Virus record (IMG/VR): IMGVR_UViG_3300038829_000024
Coordinates: 1 to 48,938 of that record
Origin: a virus
Direction: 5' to 3' (one strand)
Length of the DNA stretch: 48,938 bases
The position numbers and the translations under genes were made by a program. The notes below the pieces were generated by a model. The model saw nothing but the letters and a program-made list of their open reading frames with translations. It was not told where the DNA came from and did no database searches. Positions 26,467-31,890 of the stretch are shown here, piece after piece (positions within the stretch are counted from its first letter, which is position 1; every line of letters begins with the position of its first letter).

Positions 26467-27058
26467 GGCAAGGGGTTATAAGTTAGCTGGCTTTCTGAAA
26501 TCAGATAACCACACTACAATCCATGATACGCCAGCAGGTCAACTTCTTCTGGTCACCCACTGTGACAACTGTAAGAAGTGTGAGGTCCCCGTCAAGGAAC
26601 TACAGAAGGGGGGTATCTCCCCCAGATACTTCACCTGTGGTCCCTGTAAGGGTGGCTGTAAGTTCTCTGGGATCTATCGTACCAGTACCTATGGTAAGGT
26701 ACAGGACTCTGAACCCTCCACTATCCTGTATGTAAAACCTAAACCTATAGTCAAAACCTACCCCTTCCCAATTGATGGTACTATTGGGGAGTATACAGCA
26801 TCCTTAATTGAGGACGTAGACCCTGCAGCCCTGCCACCCTTCCATGGCTGTCCCTCCGTAGACCACGACCTTTATGACCAGGATGACCCCCTTCTAGGGG
26901 GATACACCCCTGCTTCCTCCCTGTCCTGTGCCTATAAACGAGTTCTTACGAGTGAAGAGCGTAAGCCTCCTGAGGACCTAGCCTCTAAGATTGCCCTTAG
27001 GATAATCAAGGACAATGAACGGAGGGATAGGTTGATGAAGGGGGATATCCCATTCTGA
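26459..27058 (+). CDS. Cys-rich protein (199 aa), last gene of the cassette; contains a 33-nt hairpin repeat copy
   Basis: The ATG at 26459 overlaps the ATP-grasp stop by 8 nt. Cys cluster HCDNCKKCEVP...FTCGPCKGGCKF. The track start at 26351 would lie inside the ATP-grasp gene. Confidence 0.55.
   Translation: MSEARGYKLAGFLKSDNHTTIHDTPAGQLLLVTHCDNCKKCEVPVKELQKGGISPRYFTCGPCKGGCKFSGIYRTSTYGKVQDSEPSTILYVKPKPIVKTYPFPIDGTIGEYTASLIEDVDPAALPPFHGCPSVDHDLYDQDDPLLGGYTPASSLSCAYKRVLTSEERKPPEDLASKIALRIIKDNERRDRLMKGDIPF
26937..26969 (+). repeat. 33-nt hairpin repeat, copy 2
   Basis: aacgagttcttacgagtgaagagcgtaagcctc. Confidence 0.8.
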
Positions 27059-27235
27059 GACCTCCCATCCCCTCTAGATAGGTGTTTAAAGCCTCTAGGA
27101 TGAGGCAGGAGGGCCTTGGCGTAGGGGGGCAGCCACCCATTAGCCACTCACCCTAGAAACCCGTCCTACCCCCCTTAGAATGCGTTTAAATGCCTATCAT
27201 TGAAATCATTGGATAATTTAGGATTGGGACCATTA

Positions 27236-27280
27236 GGGGGGCCGCGCCATTGGGGGTTAAGGGGGTCCAAGGGGAGGGGG
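27236..27280 (+). other. Cluster of five G-runs (G6, G5, G5, G4, G5), G-quadruplex-prone
   Basis: gggggg ccgcgccatt ggggg ttaa ggggg tccaa gggg a ggggg, read directly in an ORF-free spacer. Confidence 0.5.
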
Positions 27281-27309
27281 AGACAACCTCTGAAGATAAG
27301 AAAGGTATA

Positions 27310-27373
27310 AAGAAAGAGAAGTAAGAAAGGTAAGATGATTATAAGTGAAGTAAGAAAGAGAAGTAAGAAGGTA
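27310..27373 (+). repeat. Purine-rich direct repeats (aagaaagagaagtaagaa[a]ggta x2)
   Basis: 27310-27332 and 27352-27373 match apart from one missing a. CTTAAGG/GGTAA motifs follow at 27375-27425. Confidence 0.7.
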
Positions 27374-27431
27374 TACCCTTAAGGTTACCACTAAGGTAAC
27401 CATTAATCAACAACCACTAAGGATTAATCTA

Positions 27432-27734
27432 TTGGCTTCATGTGTTATCTGTTTAAGTACTTATGATCTAAGGGGTATTAAAGGTTCCCTTAAGGATACC
27501 TGCCCCAGGTGCCGGGCTGTGATCCATGAGGAAGCCCCGGGCATGCCGCTGTACACATCGTCCATCTCGGCCTGGACCCACCTCCAAGCAGCAGTAGAAG
27601 AACTAGAACGTAGGATACCTGGTTTGTTCTCAGGACCAGAGTGCCCCCTTACGTTTGAGAACGGTGTTGGGTGCTCTTGCACATACGAGGAGGGCTGTAA
27701 GGCCTTGAAAGATAAGGTTAATAAAAACACTTGA
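27432..27734 (+). CDS. Hypothetical Cys-rich protein (100 aa); weak call
   Basis: TTG start. Contains CVIC...CPRC. The 3' end overlaps the promoter copy. Confidence 0.3.
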   Translation: MASCVICLSTYDLRGIKGSLKDTCPRCRAVIHEEAPGMPLYTSSISAWTHLQAAVEELERRIPGLFSGPECPLTFENGVGCSCTYEEGCKALKDKVNKNT

Positions 27735-27763
27735 CAAATGCCTTACCTTGTGTATAGAATATA
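27730..27763 (+). promoter_or_regulatory. Sigma70-like promoter facing the replication genes; inverted copy of 14687-14720
   Basis: cTTGACAaatgccttaccttgtgtaTAGAATata. Confidence 0.65.
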
Positions 27764-27766
27764 TGG

Positions 27767-27994
27767 ATGGTAATGAATGAATTAGACCTCAAGATCTACA
27801 CTAAGGCCACAGAACTGGCAAAGCTTGTAAAGGTTAACAAGGAGACTTGGCAAGCAATACAGGCCCTTGAGAAGGAACTAAAGGTTCTAAGAAAAAGAAA
27901 GAAGCAGGAGACACTGCTCGATAAATGGAAGTCCGTGAACAACCACTACGTACTCATCAGCCCTGTCCAGACTGTGGTAGTTCAGACGCCTTAA
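27767..27994 (+). CDS. Small coiled-coil protein (75 aa)
   Basis: ATG 4 nt after the promoter repeat. The 3' 70 nt overlap the primase start. Confidence 0.4.
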   Translation: MVMNELDLKIYTKATELAKLVKVNKETWQAIQALEKELKVLRKRKKQETLLDKWKSVNNHYVLISPVQTVVVQTP

Positions 27995-30444
27995 GCGTCT
28001 ACTCAGACCACACGTTCTGCTTCAGCTGTAAAGCATACAACAAAGCACTGGATCAACCAGTGTATCGGAGAAGTAACCTGCCCGACATTCCTTACACATC
28101 ACAGGTCCTCTCTTGGAGAGGGCTGACAGCTTCATCGTTCAGTGCCTATGGCGTTCACTTCAAGGTGGATAGCTTTGGCAAACCCCATTCTGTTGTCTTC
28201 CCTTACGTGTCTTCAACAGGGGAAGCAGCTACCAAGGAAAGGAAGTATGACAGCAAAGAGTTCTGGTCAACAGGGGCTATGCATGAAAGCTCTCTTTTCG
28301 GCATGGATAAGTTCTCTGCCGGGTCTGCGAAAGCAATCACCGTCACAGAAGGGGAGCTGGACGCTATTTCCGTCTACCAGATGCTTGGCAGTAAATATCC
28401 CTCTGTCTCAGTCAGAGGTGCAAGCTCTGCAAGAAGGGATTGCGAAAGAGCAAGAGACTATCTCAATTCATTTGACCGTATTTACATCTGCTTCGATAAC
28501 GACGAACCAGGACAAAAGGCAGTCAAAGAAGTAAGTCAACTCTTCGACGTCAATAAGGTTGTTCACGTACAGTTAACCAAGTATAAGGATGCCAATGAAT
28601 ATCTACAACAAGGGGCTGAGAAGGAGTGGGTCTCTGTCTGGTGGAATTCTAAGCCTTATATGCCTAAGGGCATCATCAATGATTACTCTGCTATTGAGGA
28701 AATCCTTCTAACAGAGAGCGAGCAAGCTGTGGCTCACTTCCCTTTCCCTACCCTTGATGCAATGACCTATGGTATACGTCTCGGTGAGGTTCTCCTTTTC
28801 ACTGCTCAAGAGAAGGTCGGGAAACAGATATCGCTTGCGACACTTTTACCAACACCTACCGGCTGGACTGCTGTAAAGAATTTGAAAGTCGGTGACAAAC
28901 TGTTTGCAGCAGATGGGTCTGTCACTGAGGTTACATTCATAACAGAGCCCCATACTCGACCATATTTTGATGTTGTGATGAGCGATGGAACTAAGATTGA
29001 AGCTAGTGACAATCATCGCTGGACTGTTCGTGATCTGCAAAATCGTGTAGATGTTAAGACCACTCAAGAGATGTTTGATACAGAAGGTGGTATTATTGCT
29101 AAGGGTTCTAAAGCAAAGTTCGTAGTACCTCAACACCCCGGAGTTGAACTACCTGAAGCCGACTTAGAAATAGACCCTTTTCTTCTTGGTGTATGGTTGG
29201 CAGATGGTAACTCTTGGTCTGATAATGTCTGTCTGTCAAAGAGCAAGTTAGAAAGATGCTCTGGCTATGAGCTAGTGAAGTGTCGTCCTTTAACTGGTGA
29301 CAGATACGATGTGCGTCTAGAAGGATTACATCATAGTGTTCTTAAGGGACTAGGTCTCTACCGTAACAAGCACATTCCATCTATATACATTAGATCTTCC
29401 TATGAACAAAGAGAACAATTATTTAAAGGTCTTCTCTTTGATGGTTGGTCTGCAAACGGAAAGAACGGTAAGCAAGAGAACGAGTTTTACTCAAGCAATA
29501 AAAAACTCTTCGATCAAACCGTAGAACTTGCTCGTTCCCTAGGTTACATAGTGTCTTGTAGAAGTAGACAAGGACGGTACAAGAAAGATGGTATATGGGT
29601 CAATTGTAAAACTGCTTACTCATTCAGGTATCGTACATCTAAATGGAAAGCCATTAGGGAGATCAAGCCTATTGGTAATATGGAAGGTAGGTGTCTAACA
29701 GTCGATCATCCTTCTCATCTCTTTGCTGCGGGTGAAGGGTGGACCTTGACACATAATACGGAAGTAATGAGAGCGATGCAGTATCATCTGCTCAAGACTA
29801 CTGATGATAACATCGGTATCATCCACTTAGAAGAGGAAGAGAAGCGCAGTGTGCAAGGTTTGGTTGGCTACGAACTGGGCGTTGCTGCTCACCTCCCTGA
29901 TAGTGGTCTTTCAGTTGAGGACCAGCTCAAGGCATATAAGTCTCTTACGAAGAAAGACGGAAGGGTACACTTCTATTCGCACTTTGGCAGCGATGATCCT
30001 AATACGATATTGGATATTATTCGCTACCTCGCTACTGCTTGTAGCTGTAAGTATATCTTCCTTGATCACATCACCATGTTGGTAACTGGCTTCGAAGGTG
30101 ACGACGAGAGAAAGAAACTCGATTACCTCTCTACTAAGCTAGCTATGTTAACTCGTGAGCTCGACTTTACCTTGTTCCTTGTGTCTCATGTTAATGATGA
30201 TGGAAAGACTAGAGGCAGTAGGAACATAGCCAAGGTTGCAGACCTCATTGTCAGCTTGAATAGAGATGTTGAGGCAGCAACTATTGAAGAGCGGAACAGA
30301 ACTTATCTTACTGTCAAAGGCAGTAGATATGCAGGACTTAGTGGACCAGCAGGTGTACTAGTCTTCGATCAGAAGTCCTTCACACTAAAGGAGATGACAT
30401 TCGATGAGCACACAAACACAGAGCCATTTGACCCGGGGTTCTAA
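27925..30444 (+). CDS. Bifunctional primase-helicase (T7 gp4-like) interrupted by an intein
   Basis: Zn ribbon CPDCGSSDALSVYSDHTFCFSC, TOPRIM ITVTEGELDAISV and ICFDNDEPG. Walker A is split as AQEKVGK / TEVM. Helicase motifs FLDHITML and VSHVNDDGKTRGS. The host protein is 528 aa without the 311-aa insert. Confidence 0.9.
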   Translation: MEVREQPLRTHQPCPDCGSSDALSVYSDHTFCFSCKAYNKALDQPVYRRSNLPDIPYTSQVLSWRGLTASSFSAYGVHFKVDSFGKPHSVVFPYVSSTGEAATKERKYDSKEFWSTGAMHESSLFGMDKFSAGSAKAITVTEGELDAISVYQMLGSKYPSVSVRGASSARRDCERARDYLNSFDRIYICFDNDEPGQKAVKEVSQLFDVNKVVHVQLTKYKDANEYLQQGAEKEWVSVWWNSKPYMPKGIINDYSAIEEILLTESEQAVAHFPFPTLDAMTYGIRLGEVLLFTAQEKVGKQISLATLLPTPTGWTAVKNLKVGDKLFAADGSVTEVTFITEPHTRPYFDVVMSDGTKIEASDNHRWTVRDLQNRVDVKTTQEMFDTEGGIIAKGSKAKFVVPQHPGVELPEADLEIDPFLLGVWLADGNSWSDNVCLSKSKLERCSGYELVKCRPLTGDRYDVRLEGLHHSVLKGLGLYRNKHIPSIYIRSSYEQREQLFKGLLFDGWSANGKNGKQENEFYSSNKKLFDQTVELARSLGYIVSCRSRQGRYKKDGIWVNCKTAYSFRYRTSKWKAIREIKPIGNMEGRCLTVDHPSHLFAAGEGWTLTHNTEVMRAMQYHLLKTTDDNIGIIHLEEEEKRSVQGLVGYELGVAAHLPDSGLSVEDQLKAYKSLTKKDGRVHFYSHFGSDDPNTILDIIRYLATACSCKYIFLDHITMLVTGFEGDDERKKLDYLSTKLAMLTRELDFTLFLVSHVNDDGKTRGSRNIAKVADLIVSLNRDVEAATIEERNRTYLTVKGSRYAGLSGPAGVLVFDQKSFTLKEMTFDEHTNTEPFDPGF
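28825..29757 (+). mobile_element. Intein (311 aa) with LAGLIDADG homing-endonuclease domain and a class-3-like signature
   Basis: Starts with Gln (QISLATLLPTPTGW...) and ends ...GWTLTHN followed by Thr. Block B is SDNHRW (Trp codon 29020), block F is EGRCLTVDH (Cys codon 29692), block G is LTHN (Thr codon 29749). LAGLIDADG motifs are LLGVWLADGN and LFKGLLFDGW. Confidence 0.8.
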
Positions 30445-31079
30445 TGGATTGGAGTGACCTTAAGTTCTGGAAATTAGATAAATGGCGTAAGCTCGATCAG
30501 ATAGGTGGTATTCCACCTCGTGCTGCTCGAATGCGGGCACTAGATCTTACGCCATTTAATTCTGTCAAGGCTGTCATCATAGGGCAAGACCCTTACCATA
30601 GAAAGGGACAGGCAAATGGATTGTGCTTCTCCGTTAACCCTCACGTTAAGCCTCTTCCTGCTAGCCTCCGTAACATTCTTGCTGAGTATAGTAGTGATCT
30701 GGGCGTGCCGATGCCTAAGACAGGAGATCTCTCACTGTGGGCCGAACGGGGAATACTTCTACTCAATTCAGTATTATCCGTTGAACCTGGAAAACCAAAC
30801 AGTCACAAGAACAGAGGATGGGAGCAACTAACATATGAGATCGTGTCTACATTGTCATACCGCAGGGAAGGCATTGTATGGATGCTGTGGGGCAACGAAG
30901 CCCAGCAGTTCATGGGTGCCATCGACCAAGATAAGCATTGCGTTATCTGTAGTGCTCATCCCAGCCCTCTGGCTCGCAGTGCACCTAACCCTTTCCTAGG
31001 GTCCAAGCCTTTCTCACGATGCAACGACTACCTGAAGTCTAAGAACATAGAGCCTATTGATTGGAGATTAAGAGAATGA
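30444..31079 (+). CDS. ung: Uracil-DNA glycosylase, family 1
   Basis: Motifs GQDPYH, GLCFSV, LLLNSVLSV and SAHPSPLA. TAATG overlap with the helicase stop. Confidence 0.9.
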   Translation: MDWSDLKFWKLDKWRKLDQIGGIPPRAARMRALDLTPFNSVKAVIIGQDPYHRKGQANGLCFSVNPHVKPLPASLRNILAEYSSDLGVPMPKTGDLSLWAERGILLLNSVLSVEPGKPNSHKNRGWEQLTYEIVSTLSYRREGIVWMLWGNEAQQFMGAIDQDKHCVICSAHPSPLARSAPNPFLGSKPFSRCNDYLKSKNIEPIDWRLRE

Positions 31080-31327
31080 AAAAGGGAACTGTATTTATCC
31101 TCTACGACAATGAGTCTCATGATGAGTCTGTACCGCTGTTCGCCATGGTAGATATAGATATGCAGGTTATCAAGGACCTCATGAAGTCTCAAGACGACTT
31201 CGCACCATTCGATGTCTACGACATACAGTGTCTTCTTACTCACAACAAGTATGCTATCGTTGATGATAGTGTTGTGCGTTTCAATGTGACTGACATTCTG
31301 GATGAGGTACATAATGAAAGCACTTAA
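31061..31327 (+). CDS. Hypothetical acidic protein (88 aa)
   Basis: Track ORF within the operon. Confidence 0.55.
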   Translation: MEIKRMKKGTVFILYDNESHDESVPLFAMVDIDMQVIKDLMKSQDDFAPFDVYDIQCLLTHNKYAIVDDSVVRFNVTDILDEVHNEST

Positions 31328-31823
31328 TCTCCATGAGTTTCCTGCTTGCTGCGGTATTAAGGTCTTGACTCGTTGGGGGTGGGCTAAGGGTACTGCATCT
31401 GGCCAAGAACCAGTTCCTTATGAAGTTCTCGAGGCAGACCTTAAAGAGTTTGTTGGTAAGCTTGAGACATATCATGGACTTACTCTTGTTGCCCTAGAGC
31501 CCCAGCAGACAGAGCAGGTAGAATACTTGCTTAAGCAGTATAAGTTCTTCCCTTTGGTTAAGAACTTCTATAACCCCAACATGAAGTCTACCTTGACACT
31601 GTACGGTAGAATTCAGAATGAGAATTATGAACCCCTAGAAGTAGGTCATTTGAAGTATGGGAAAGATGAAAAACCTAGCGACGAAACTCGAAGAAAGGTT
31701 TCGGCTGGGGACAAGAAGTTCAAGGAACCACCGGCCAGTGTCAGTGGGGCGTTTAATTCCACTGTCATCTCAGGAACTCCATTATATACTGGCGTGTACT
31801 GGTCTAACGTCATCTTTGACTAA
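31314..31823 (+). CDS. Hypothetical protein (169 aa from the ATG at 31314)
   Basis: GAGG at 31304-31307 precedes the ATG at 31314. The track start is at 31302. Confidence 0.6.
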   Translation: MKALNLHEFPACCGIKVLTRWGWAKGTASGQEPVPYEVLEADLKEFVGKLETYHGLTLVALEPQQTEQVEYLLKQYKFFPLVKNFYNPNMKSTLTLYGRIQNENYEPLEVGHLKYGKDEKPSDETRRKVSAGDKKFKEPPASVSGAFNSTVISGTPLYTGVYWSNVIFD

Positions 31824-31889
31824 CGAGTTCTTACGAGTGAAGAGCGTAAGTCTCAACGAGTTCTTACGAAGTGAAGAGGCGTAAGCCTC
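31822..31889 (+). repeat. 33-nt hairpin repeat, copies 3 and 4 in tandem, ending 1 nt before the DNA polymerase ATG
   Basis: aacgagttcttacgagtgaagagcgtaagtctc plus aacgagttcttacgaagtgaagaggcgtaagcctc. The CTTACG/CGTAAG stem is kept and the loop is 2 nt longer in copy 4. Confidence 0.8.
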
Positions 31890-31890
31890 A

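Noticed and set aside
31822-31889. The 33-nt repeats as T7-type phage-RNA-polymerase promoters
   Set aside because: No single-subunit RNA polymerase gene is present; the largest plus-arm ORFs are primase-helicase and DNA polymerase. The element is a hairpin rather than a T7-like promoter pattern. It is kept as an unexplained repeat instead.
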